The translations under genes and the position numbers were made by a program. A stretch of DNA of 64,000 nucleotides from positions 1 to 64,000 of the IMG/VR virus record IMGVR_UViG_3300042545_001134; one strand, given 5' to 3'. Below, piece by piece: positions 1 to 8,294 of the stretch. Each line of letters opens with the position of its first letter. Position 1 is the first letter of the stretch. The notes under the pieces were generated by a model. It ran no database searches and was not told the DNA's origin. It saw nothing but the letters and a program-made list of their open reading frames with translations.

Positions 1-2
1 TT

Positions 3-140
3 GAAACACCTAACGGAGATTGGGACTTTATTGATAAAATGTACTTCAAGGGTAAAGAACTTCAGATGGACTTTAACCACCAAGAAACTCGAGGTAAGGC
101 ATTAACAATAGAACTTTGGACATTAGAGAATACCAAATAA
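3..140 (+). CDS. 3' end of a CDS entering from the left edge (hypothetical)
   Basis: Open frame from base 3 (ETPNGDWDF...LENTK) to TAA at 138-140. Confidence 0.6.
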   Translation, partial: ETPNGDWDFIDKMYFKGKELQMDFNHQETRGKALTIELWTLENTK

Positions 141-148
141 TTCTTTAA

Positions 149-222
149 GGACCCTTAGCTCAGTTGGTTAGAGCAACTGACTCATAATCAGTAGGTCACA
201 GGTTCGAGCCCTGTAGGGTCCA
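149..222 (+). tRNA. tRNA with CAT anticodon, most like tRNA-Ile2 (lysidine type)
   Basis: Acceptor GGACCCT/AGGGTCC, anticodon arm ACTGA-CTCATAA-TCAGT, T-loop GGTTCGAGCC. Confidence 0.9.
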
Positions 223-226
223 CACA

Positions 227-355
227 TGTGGTCGTACACTTAACTCCAATACCCGAAAGGGAAATCGTTATGTGAAGGCCACTCCCCTTGGTAGACCTTA
301 AAAAGGGCCCTTCCGTTGGTACGACAACGGCTCGCTGGGCCCGGGTCTACTTTTT
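227..355 (+). ncRNA. Candidate structured RNA(s) inside the tRNA cluster
   Basis: GC-rich nested stems GTGGTC/GGCCAC, CCC-GAAA-GGG, GTAGACC/GGTCTAC, GGGCCC/GGGCCC, CCGTTG/CAACGG, then a T-run. Confidence 0.45.
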
Positions 356-427
356 GCGAATATCGTATAGTGGTTATTACTCCATCCTTCCAAGTTGGAG
401 ACGACAGTTCGATTCTGTCTATTCGCT
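356..427 (+). tRNA. tRNA-Gly(TCC)
   Basis: Acceptor GCGAATA/TATTCGC, anticodon loop CTTCCAA, T-loop GTTCGATTC. Confidence 0.9.
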
Positions 428-432
428 CATAT

Positions 433-503
433 TATCCTCTCGTCTAATGGCAGGACCTCAGATTTTGATTCTGATTGTCGAGGTTCGAATCCTCGGGGGA
501 TAA
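433..503 (+). tRNA. tRNA-Gln(TTG)
   Basis: Acceptor TATCCTC/GGGGATA, anticodon arm TCAGA-TTTTGAT-TCTGA, T-arm CGAGG-TTCGAAT-CCTCG. Confidence 0.9.
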
Positions 504-516
504 CTAAAAACACAAT

Positions 517-605
517 GGAAGGTTACCCAAGTTGGTGAAGGGGGCAGTTTGCTAAATTGTTAGGGTGTCACAGCCGCGAGGGTTCGAGCCCCTCACCTTC
601 CGCCA
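517..605 (+). tRNA. tRNA-Ser(GCT)
   Basis: Acceptor GGAAGGT/ACCTTCC, loop TTGCTAA, long variable arm, encoded CCA. Confidence 0.92.
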
Positions 606-638
606 CATAAAAAATATACTTATGATAAACTAAAGGAC

Positions 639-1100
639 ATGAAAATTTTTAAGACATTACACGGAACACCGGTAAATGACATCATCAACTACATCAAAGA
701 TTACCTAAAAGGACGAGAAGACGTTGAACTATTAATTGGTTCAGACTCACAATCGTTTAGTAATTCTAAAACAGTGTATGGGGTTGTTATTGCTCTTTAC
801 ACAAAAGGAAAAGGTGCACACGTGTTATGTACTAAAGATACAACTCCTTTTGAAAAAGACACATCTAGTAGATTAATGACTGAGGTATGGAAGGCGGTAG
901 AAATTGCTGAGTTCCTTAGAGAAAATGGATTACCAAGGGCATCATGGATTGATATCGACTTGAATCCTGACCCAAGATATAAATCAAACAAAGTTCTAAG
1001 ACAGGCGGTTGGTTTAGTTGAAGGTATGGGTTATAGAGTTAGATATAAACATAACGGTGCAATGATAACCTATAGTGCGAACCACTTAGTAAGAATATAA
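639..1100 (+). CDS. RNase H-like protein, YkuK/DUF458 family
   Basis: Motifs LIGSDSQ, RLMTEVWKAVEIA, IDIDLN. Confidence 0.8.
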   Translation: MKIFKTLHGTPVNDIINYIKDYLKGREDVELLIGSDSQSFSNSKTVYGVVIALYTKGKGAHVLCTKDTTPFEKDTSSRLMTEVWKAVEIAEFLRENGLPRASWIDIDLNPDPRYKSNKVLRQAVGLVEGMGYRVRYKHNGAMITYSANHLVRI

Positions 1101-1528
1101 TGGAAAAGAACATCAACATAGTTAACAGACGTGCAAAATTCGAATATCATTTTATTGATACCCTCATTGCGGGGGTATCATTGAATGGTGTTGAAGTTAA
1201 GTTCATTAGGAAGGGACATTTAACTTTTACACCTGATTCGTTTTGTCATTTTCAAAATGGTGAACTGTTCTTAAAGAATGTTACCATATCGGGAATTGGT
1301 GATGATAACATGAAGAGAGATAGAAAATTGTTACTCAAGAAAAAAGAGTTGACTAAACTTAATAAAGAACTCACCAACGGTTTAACAATTATACCATATC
1401 GTTTATTTGAGAATGATAGAGGAATGTTTAAAGTTGAAGTGTGTCTTGCCAAAGGAAAAAAACTTCACGATAAACGTGAGACAATTAAAGAAAGAGATAT
1501 TCAAAGGGAAATAAAAAATTTCCACTAA
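1100..1528 (+). CDS. smpB: SsrA-binding protein SmpB
   Basis: NRRAKFEYHF, AGVSLNGVEVK, RDRKLLLKKKE, LAKGKKLHDKRETIKERD. Confidence 0.95.
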   Translation: MEKNINIVNRRAKFEYHFIDTLIAGVSLNGVEVKFIRKGHLTFTPDSFCHFQNGELFLKNVTISGIGDDNMKRDRKLLLKKKELTKLNKELTNGLTIIPYRLFENDRGMFKVEVCLAKGKKLHDKRETIKERDIQREIKNFH

Positions 1529-1632
1529 ATAATTCATTCTTTATGAATACGGAGAATATTTTCCACTAAAACCCCATTTTCGGTGATTATTTTCCATTAT
1601 AAAAAAATATTTTAAAAAAATTTACAAAAACA

Positions 1633-1663
1633 CTTGTTTTTTAAAATATATTATGTACCTTTG
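1633..1663 (+). promoter_or_regulatory. Bacteroidota sigma70-type promoter
   Basis: (C)TTG-N19-TACCTTTG upstream of the 690-aa gene. Confidence 0.7.
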
Positions 1664-1689
1664 TATTACAACAATTAATTACGACATTT

Positions 1690-3762
1690 ATGACGACAAG
1701 AAATTTAGTTTCCTTTCAGAAGGGTTTGGTATGTTCACCAAACGACGGTCAAGATAATAGAATCGCAGTGGCGACCGTTCAATCTCACTTAATGGAGTGG
1801 GGTTATATGTTAGACGAAGATGCATTCTTCGCATTATCCAAATCAGATTTATCGTTCATAGAGAACTTCAACAACGAAGTCGTTACACATTTGAAAAATG
1901 TAATGGGAGGTAATCGTAATTACCAACCTTTATATAAAAACTTCCCACAAGAAGTTATGTCAATGTCTGATTTCGAATTGTATATTAATGCAATTACCCA
2001 CTATTGGAGTAACGGTACTTGGGAACCATCTACCCATACTTTTGAAAAAGAAATCAAGTTTGAGAAAATCAAATACAACTTGATTAAGTATGGCACATCG
2101 GAAAGATTTTCACAAATCTTCACTGATTTGGTTTCAATTAATACATCATTGACACCTCAAGACCTTGAGATTGTTAAATGGTTCGTTAACAGTGGTGAAA
2201 CATTAGTATTCCCTAATACAATTCCATTCAAAGAGAATTTGTGTACATTGGCGGCAATGGGAATTGAGGGATTACCAGTTAAGACATCAACTGACGTGTT
2301 AAGAATCGCCGTTCATCTTTCAGGTGGAGACATCAGTTTACCTAAAGTTCCTGAAAAGGAAATTAGATTAAACAGATGGTCATCTGCAAAGGGTGAGAAC
2401 CCTGAAAGAGAAAAGTTTAAATTCAAGAAGTTCACTCGTAAAGAGAGACGTTACATCTTGGGTTTACTTGAGAACACAAACTGTGACCCACGTGAAATGG
2501 TTTTAAAAGACCAACGTTGGATTCGTTTAGGTGAAATATTACATCCAGGTGAATATAAAAATCAATTCCCAAAATCTTTTGATGCATTCAATAAGATTAG
2601 AAACGAGAAAGTAAAATCTTGGTTCTCACTTGTTAATGAAGGTTTCAATAAAGGTCTTGAGAATGGTTTGAGAGTATTGTCTCAAAAACCCGGTGAATTC
2701 GCAAGAAGAATCGATTGGTTGGTTCGTACATATCCAAAAGATATCGAAGTAATCATGACACACTTCAGCGAAACGGTAAAAGGTACATCGAACAAAGTAT
2801 TGTTTGAAGTTTACGCTCACTTTGAAAATCGTACTGAACCTATGGATAATAGGTCCGTTATGATAAAGGGGTCAAGAAAACGTACCATGTTACCATCACT
2901 ACCAGCAATCCCTAAAGAGATTGTGGAAACCATCCACTCTAAATTATTTGAAACACTTAGAGATAAGTTTTCAGTAATGGATTCTTTGGGTAACTGTTGG
3001 ATTGATGAGGAATTGAAAAAGATTCCTTTACCAACCAACATGAGAAGTATGAACTTTTCAACTAAACCAACAATCAGAGGTCAAAGAGTTCCACTCGATA
3101 ACCCTGATGCAAAAGTTATCAGACCTTTCATTCATTGGATGGATAAACATGGTAGTGAAGATTTGGATTTAAGTGTTACGTTTGTTGGTGAAAAAGTGTC
3201 AGATGTATTATCTTTCAGTAACTTGAGAGTTGGTGAATCTGTTCACTCGGGGGACGTGAGACACAGACAGGGTCCTTGTGCTGAGTACATCGACATTGAT
3301 ATGGAAGATGCATTGAACCGTGGATACAAATATGTAGTCATTGACGTGAGAAACTTCAATGGTGGTAGTTTGAATTCACTTGAAACATCTTTTGGTATCA
3401 TGGAGAGAGAACACCCCGAATCAAATAAAACATGGTTACCTGAGACAATTTCAAATTGTCAATCATTGGGGTCAACGTCGTCAAACACTTTGATTTCAAT
3501 CATTGACCTTGAAACCAAGGAGTATATCATGTTGGATATAGATTCAGAAGGTTTTGTAACCGCAAGAAGTGACTTCAAAAACACCCTTAAAGTAATTCAA
3601 CAATACGCTGAGTTACCAAAAGTAAGTGTTTACGACCTTATTCTTCTACACGTAGAAGGAAGAGGTAAACAAGTTACCCTTGACGAGAATGTGGATACAC
3701 ATTTTAAGTACGAGGACTTCTGTTACTCTTATGAAGAGACAGGAAAATTGATGGGTGTGTAA
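1690..3762 (+). CDS. Large helical-repeat protein with C-terminal TerD-like domain (resembles the MXAN_6230/SCO0854-type family)
   Basis: KPGEFARRIDWLVR, DLDLSVTF, HSGDVRH..AEYIDID motifs; family assignment from memory. Confidence 0.6.
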   Translation: MTTRNLVSFQKGLVCSPNDGQDNRIAVATVQSHLMEWGYMLDEDAFFALSKSDLSFIENFNNEVVTHLKNVMGGNRNYQPLYKNFPQEVMSMSDFELYINAITHYWSNGTWEPSTHTFEKEIKFEKIKYNLIKYGTSERFSQIFTDLVSINTSLTPQDLEIVKWFVNSGETLVFPNTIPFKENLCTLAAMGIEGLPVKTSTDVLRIAVHLSGGDISLPKVPEKEIRLNRWSSAKGENPEREKFKFKKFTRKERRYILGLLENTNCDPREMVLKDQRWIRLGEILHPGEYKNQFPKSFDAFNKIRNEKVKSWFSLVNEGFNKGLENGLRVLSQKPGEFARRIDWLVRTYPKDIEVIMTHFSETVKGTSNKVLFEVYAHFENRTEPMDNRSVMIKGSRKRTMLPSLPAIPKEIVETIHSKLFETLRDKFSVMDSLGNCWIDEELKKIPLPTNMRSMNFSTKPTIRGQRVPLDNPDAKVIRPFIHWMDKHGSEDLDLSVTFVGEKVSDVLSFSNLRVGESVHSGDVRHRQGPCAEYIDIDMEDALNRGYKYVVIDVRNFNGGSLNSLETSFGIMEREHPESNKTWLPETISNCQSLGSTSSNTLISIIDLETKEYIMLDIDSEGFVTARSDFKNTLKVIQQYAELPKVSVYDLILLHVEGRGKQVTLDENVDTHFKYEDFCYSYEETGKLMGV

Positions 3763-3789
3763 ATCACCTGTCAGTTCTTTGAAATATTA

Positions 3790-4100
3790 ATGTGGCTATG
3801 TGAGTCACTGAGAGGATAACCTTTACCTATTATAGGTGACCACGTAGTGGTACTATCTTAGGTCTTAGAGAAGGTGAAAGTATCGGTGCAAATGTCTTAC
3901 TTCTAACATACAAAAATCAGATACAACGTTAGACACACAATTCTCCACATAAACTTATTGACGGCTATGTACCGGGTTACTTCTACAAAACAATTGGATG
4001 TTAAACCACCCGTACTCTTTCCGTCTACCTTATTACCGGCTATGAGTGTAGTTACTTCTAAACCTATCTAAATGAAAAAACCACTCGTTCAATTTCCGGT
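3790..4100 (+). ncRNA. Three tandem homologous structured RNA units (GGCTATG...TTACTTCTA)
   Basis: Units at 3790-3950, 3961-4024 and 4035-4100 keep the same loop sequences with different, compensatory stems. Confidence 0.7.
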
Positions 4101-4140
4101 ATATTTTATTAACAATAACAATAATTTAAAAACAACAATT

Positions 4141-4590
4141 ATGACAACATCAAAAACAACAGATGAAAAAGTAAAAGAACTATTCGACTTAGTTCAATCA
4201 AAAAAATTAGCAATTGAAAAGGCTGAAAGACCTTGCTGGAAAACAAGTGGTAATTTCGGTTACTCAGCAAATTCAGCACATGACAGAACGTCTATCCCAA
4301 CGGTAACAGACACTCGTAAAATCGTTGAAATGTTCGCATTTCTAATCGATAGAAAAGATAAATCTGAATCTGCAGCAAAAGAACTTGGTGTGGACTATAA
4401 TTTTACTTGGTTAGGATTCGGTGTTGATGAGTGGAAAGAAGATTTTCAAACTCGTGTAAACCAAATCTCAGTCCAAGAAAAACGTAAGGAACTTGCCGAA
4501 TTAGAATCTCGTTTGAATGCAATTATCTCACCTGAGTTAAAGGCACAAATGGAACTTGAGGCAATCGCCAAACTTTTAGAGAATAACTAA
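4141..4590 (+). CDS. Hypothetical coiled-coil protein
   Basis: ORF 4072..4590; likely start MTTSK at 4141 after an A-rich leader. Confidence 0.8.
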   Translation: MTTSKTTDEKVKELFDLVQSKKLAIEKAERPCWKTSGNFGYSANSAHDRTSIPTVTDTRKIVEMFAFLIDRKDKSESAAKELGVDYNFTWLGFGVDEWKEDFQTRVNQISVQEKRKELAELESRLNAIISPELKAQMELEAIAKLLENN

Positions 4591-4651
4591 AAGTGTTTTT
4601 CTTAGTTTAGTAAAACTAAGTGGTGGAGTCGACTTCGGTCAGCACCCGAAA

Positions 4652-4684
4652 GGGGGGTTGGATTTGTCTAACCTCCTTTTTTTT
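4652..4684 (+). terminator. Rho-independent terminator
   Basis: GGGGGGTTGGA/TCTAACCTCC stem plus T-run. Confidence 0.7.
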
Positions 4685-4711
4685 ATCAAATATTTTTTAT
4701 ATCTTTATATC

Positions 4712-5470
4712 ATGAGAATTGTATGTATATCGGATACTCACGGACTCCATAAAAAAATGGAGTTTTTTAACCCATTACCTGAAGGTGATATTTTAATTCA
4801 CGCGGGTGACTGTACCAATGTTGGTAAACCTCATGAGGTTAAAGAATTTGTTGAGTGGTTTCAAAACGTAAAAGGATTTGAAACAAAAATCTTTATTGCG
4901 GGAAACCATGATTGGTCATTCCAAAAAGTTAATGAACCCCACCACTCAGGTGATTATGATTGGTTCCGTCATTTAATCAATGAAGAGAATCTATCCCAAT
5001 CTGATGTGACATATTTAGAGGACACCAATTTTACAATTGAAAGTTCAGAGTTTTCAAAACCAATAAAAATCCACGGTAGTCCATGGCAACCTAATTTTTA
5101 TGATTGGGCATTTAACCTACCAAGATTGGGTGATGAGATTAAAAGTAAATGGGATATGATTCCCGATGATACCGATATTTTAATCACACACGGTCCACCA
5201 CATGAAATCAGAGATTTTGTCAGTAATTGGAGACAAGGTGATAGGAACGTTGGGTGTGAATTATTGAGGTATGAATTGGATAATAGAATCAATCCACTAA
5301 TACATGTGTTTGGACATATCCACGGTGCATACGGTGCCACATACATTAAAGATACTCTTTATGTGAACGCATCAACCTGCACAGAAGGATACGTACCATC
5401 AAATAAACCAATCGTTATTGACGTAACAGAGAATGACGGTAAATTAATCGCAACGTATGTCGAAATATAA
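4712..5470 (+). CDS. Metallophosphoesterase (calcineurin-like)
   Basis: ISDTHG, HAGD, IAGNHD, ITHGPP, FGHIH motifs. Confidence 0.9.
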   Translation: MRIVCISDTHGLHKKMEFFNPLPEGDILIHAGDCTNVGKPHEVKEFVEWFQNVKGFETKIFIAGNHDWSFQKVNEPHHSGDYDWFRHLINEENLSQSDVTYLEDTNFTIESSEFSKPIKIHGSPWQPNFYDWAFNLPRLGDEIKSKWDMIPDDTDILITHGPPHEIRDFVSNWRQGDRNVGCELLRYELDNRINPLIHVFGHIHGAYGATYIKDTLYVNASTCTEGYVPSNKPIVIDVTENDGKLIATYVEI

Positions 5471-6134
5471 TGAACCGATAACAGTAGTAATCTCAACAAG
5501 AAAAATTGATGAGAACTATGTTAAACAAACAAAGAAGAGTTTTTCTCACCCAAAGACACAGGTATTAATTTACGAAAATAATGGTGAATTCTCACTACCT
5601 CAACTTTATAATAAAGGTTTGGATGAATCGGTAAACGATGTTGTGGTTTTCATGCATGATGACATTGATATTGAAACTACCGGTGTAACCAATAAACTTT
5701 TAAGACTTTTTGATACACATCCCGAACATGGAATTATTGGACTTGCGGGTACTGATGATTTGGTGAGTGGTATGTGGTGGCAAAAAAGAGAAAGGATGTA
5801 TGGACAGGTTAAACACGAACATCTTGGTAAGGTACATCGTAATAACTATTCTGGAACGTTTGGAGACGGTTTAAAGGATGTTGTGATTGTCGATGGGTTA
5901 TTTATCGCAGTACACAAGAAAAGGATTGTGGAGAGGTTTGATGAGGAGTTTCCGGGGTTTCACTTCTATGACACACCATTCTGTGTTTTAAACCACTTAA
6001 AAGGGGTTAAAATAGGTGTTACAACTAAAATATTGGTTGTACATAAGTCAGTTGGTGCGGTAGATAAGAAATGGGAAAAGAATAGGTTATTCTTCGAGGC
6101 AAAGTATGGTCACAATCTACCCTTGACTATTTAA
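5457..6134 (+). CDS. Glycosyltransferase family 2-like protein
   Basis: YNKG, VFMHDD, VDGLFIAV, FDE..FHFYD. Confidence 0.85.
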   Translation: MSKYNEPITVVISTRKIDENYVKQTKKSFSHPKTQVLIYENNGEFSLPQLYNKGLDESVNDVVVFMHDDIDIETTGVTNKLLRLFDTHPEHGIIGLAGTDDLVSGMWWQKRERMYGQVKHEHLGKVHRNNYSGTFGDGLKDVVIVDGLFIAVHKKRIVERFDEEFPGFHFYDTPFCVLNHLKGVKIGVTTKILVVHKSVGAVDKKWEKNRLFFEAKYGHNLPLTI

Positions 6135-6178
6135 TGTATCTGACGTATATTTTATTATATTTATAAAAAAAACCACTT

Positions 6179-6415
6179 ATGAAGAAATTAATTGAAATCG
6201 TAAAACAATTCTTAGGTCTTGGAAAAACAGCAAAGGCCATAACCACAGTAACTCAACTAAACAACGAGGTTAAAGAAGCAATCGTTGAAGTTAAGGAAAA
6301 GGTAGAAGAAGTAAAAAAGAAAACAAGATATTATTCTAAACCAAAATCAAAACCATCTGTAGAAACTACTACAGAAAAAAAATCAAAAAAACCGAACAAA
6401 CCTAAACAACAATAA
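6179..6415 (+). CDS. Small basic hypothetical protein
   Basis: ORF preceded by TATTTATA (6158-6165). Confidence 0.7.
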   Translation: MKKLIEIVKQFLGLGKTAKAITTVTQLNNEVKEAIVEVKEKVEEVKKKTRYYSKPKSKPSVETTTEKKSKKPNKPKQQ

Positions 6416-6450
6416 AAAAGTTTACTTACCTTTGTATCGTAATATACAAT

Positions 6451-6857
6451 GGGGATGAATGGAATTGATTGGCGTTGGTATTGTACGTGGGCACGTAGTC
6501 GGATGTCATCTACGACTTAAATAAATGGTGGTAACAATTAGACGGCAACGTTTACAACAACATGGAAGTAGCTGGTTTACTAGCAACTTCTAAGGTGGCA
6601 GCCTAACCGCTCCCACTGGACGGGTCGATGGACATATAACCTTGGAACAGAAGTCCTCACGGTGTGGTACCTACCCAAAAAGGTACAAATGGTCTCGTTC
6701 AGAGTGCTACCATAAAAAAAGTGAACTCGACACAGTTTCTGATAACGATGTCAAAATAGGAATCAGATATTTGTCGGTTGTGAATAATCGAATAAACGTG
6801 TAGTCCATTTATGGTATGGCGAACAAGACGAGGGTTCAAATCCCTCCATCTCCACCA
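6451..6857 (+). ncRNA. ssrA: tmRNA; tag (A)GNVYNNMEVAGLLATSKVAA
   Basis: 5' GGGGATGAATGG, 3' T-arm GGTTCAAATCC and acceptor CATCTCCACCA, tag ORF 6544-6606, TACCTTTG promoter upstream. Confidence 0.95.
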
Positions 6858-6863
6858 AAAAAG

Positions 6864-6888
6864 AAACCCCTCAAAAGAGGGGTTTTTT
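6864..6888 (+). terminator. Terminator after ssrA
   Basis: AAACCCCTC-AAAA-GAGGGGTTTTTT. Confidence 0.8.
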
Positions 6889-6892
6889 ATTT

Positions 6893-7378
6893 TTATTTTA
6901 CTACTGTTTGACTTGGGTCGGATAAATTTTGAATGTAAGCGTCAATTAATCTACTAACGGCTTCGGGTTTTTCGTCAGCCTTAAATTTTACTTTAATTTT
7001 AGCCAAACCCGACCTGTCCGTATTCTTACCTGAATCCACCTCAATGCCTTTAATATTGTGTTCATACCCCTGTTTCTTAAATAACCCCAAAAGGGACCTC
7101 TTTAAATCTGAAACATTGGTTTCATCTTCACCAAATATTAATCTGGCTTCAAATTCAATATCTAATTCATCTAAACCAATAGATGAATGGTCCGCCAATA
7201 TGTATAGAGGTACAACTAATTCCCTCTCCCCAATATAGAACGTTTTTACTTTAGGTGTACCGTCTTCATTGAAGTAGTTTCTTAATGAATTAATATGTTG
7301 TCTTTCACTTATACCTTGAGCGACCATTGCCGCTTCCAATAGACCACCAACAAGTTCCTCAATGTTCAATCTAGCCAT
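6893..7378 (-). CDS. DUF2589-family protein
   Basis: VPLYILADHSSIGLDELDIEFE pattern; tandem with the next gene. Confidence 0.65.
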   Translation of the reverse strand: MARLNIEELVGGLLEAAMVAQGISERQHINSLRNYFNEDGTPKVKTFYIGERELVVPLYILADHSSIGLDELDIEFEARLIFGEDETNVSDLKRSLLGLFKKQGYEHNIKGIEVDSGKNTDRSGLAKIKVKFKADEKPEAVSRLIDAYIQNLSDPSQTVVK

Positions 7379-7435
7379 TTATAATTTTTTATGTTACTAA
7401 TATAACATAATTTTTTGACTAAATCAAGTCATTAA

Positions 7436-8032
7436 TTATTTACTTGGGTCAACTGTAAGTGGAATTAAAGATGGCTCTAACATTTGTGTCAAATAGTCAG
7501 ACAATTTCAACATACCTTCAGTTGGAGGTAATTGTTCTGCATGAACTTTAACTTCATATTTTGCTGAGTTATCTGTACTTCTTGTGTTTTCTTTGTGGGT
7601 TGCCACTTTACCCGCAACTGTTGCGTTAAATTTCATACCCCACCAACTTGCAGATGCTGAAGCCGAATAAGAAGATTCACTGTCAGAACTTTCTTTACTT
7701 GTTTCAGATGTCTTAACTTCCATTGTAAATGCAATGTCAGCCGATGTAATTGCCAAAGAAGGTAATGGAACTAATGGTAACATTGGAACTTTATTATACA
7801 ATTTTTGTATTTCTTGTTCACCAGTTTCTCCGTTAGTAACAACCCTGTTCATTTCAACATCTAATGAACGAGCGGTTGTTTTACCGTCTTTATCTTTTTC
7901 AAATGCAACTTCAGAGATGTATCTCCAAGTTACTTCATTTAATTTTGCTTGACCTTTTGCCATTCCGACAATAGGTGAAACAATCAAATCTTCGATTGGA
8001 AGACCTGCGAAATTGTCTGCGATTCCTGCCAT
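7436..8032 (-). CDS. DUF2589-family protein
   Basis: FAGLPIEDLI..P, VPMLPLVPLPSLAI, STDNSAKYEVKVHAEQ. Confidence 0.75.
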   Translation of the reverse strand: MAGIADNFAGLPIEDLIVSPIVGMAKGQAKLNEVTWRYISEVAFEKDKDGKTTARSLDVEMNRVVTNGETGEQEIQKLYNKVPMLPLVPLPSLAITSADIAFTMEVKTSETSKESSDSESSYSASASASWWGMKFNATVAGKVATHKENTRSTDNSAKYEVKVHAEQLPPTEGMLKLSDYLTQMLEPSLIPLTVDPSK

Positions 8033-8090
8033 AGTTTTTTTTTTAATTTGTTTTTATTACTTATAAATACAAAGAAGTTTATTAAAAGGA

Positions 8091-8294
8091 CTAGTCAAAC
8101 TTTGCCATCCCTTTGTATCTGGTTTTAATTTTTTTTATTTCCCCCATGGCCTCATTATATGATTTTTTGATATCTTCATTGACCGTGAAATCGAGTACAG
8201 TTTCACACCTGGGACACGCTGAAACGGGATGTTTAATAATAAATTCTAATGTTAACCCAAGAGGGGTTTTACACATTGGGCAAGGTAATGACAT
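8091..8294 (-). CDS. Small zinc-ribbon protein
   Basis: CPMC...CPRC. Confidence 0.7.
   Translation of the reverse strand: MSLPCPMCKTPLGLTLEFIIKHPVSACPRCETVLDFTVNEDIKKSYNEAMGEIKKIKTRYKGMAKFD

Noticed and set aside
227-355. SRP (4.5S) or 6S RNA assignment
   Set aside because: The conserved SRP helix-8 motif (CAGG/GGAA/AGCA) is missing and there is no clear 6S central bubble
288-503. 71-aa ORF in the track
   Set aside because: Overlaps tRNA-Gly, tRNA-Gln and the structured RNA; shadow ORF
4072-4140. Upstream extension of the 4141 ORF
   Set aside because: It runs through RNA unit 3 and an A-rich leader; ATG 4141 fits better
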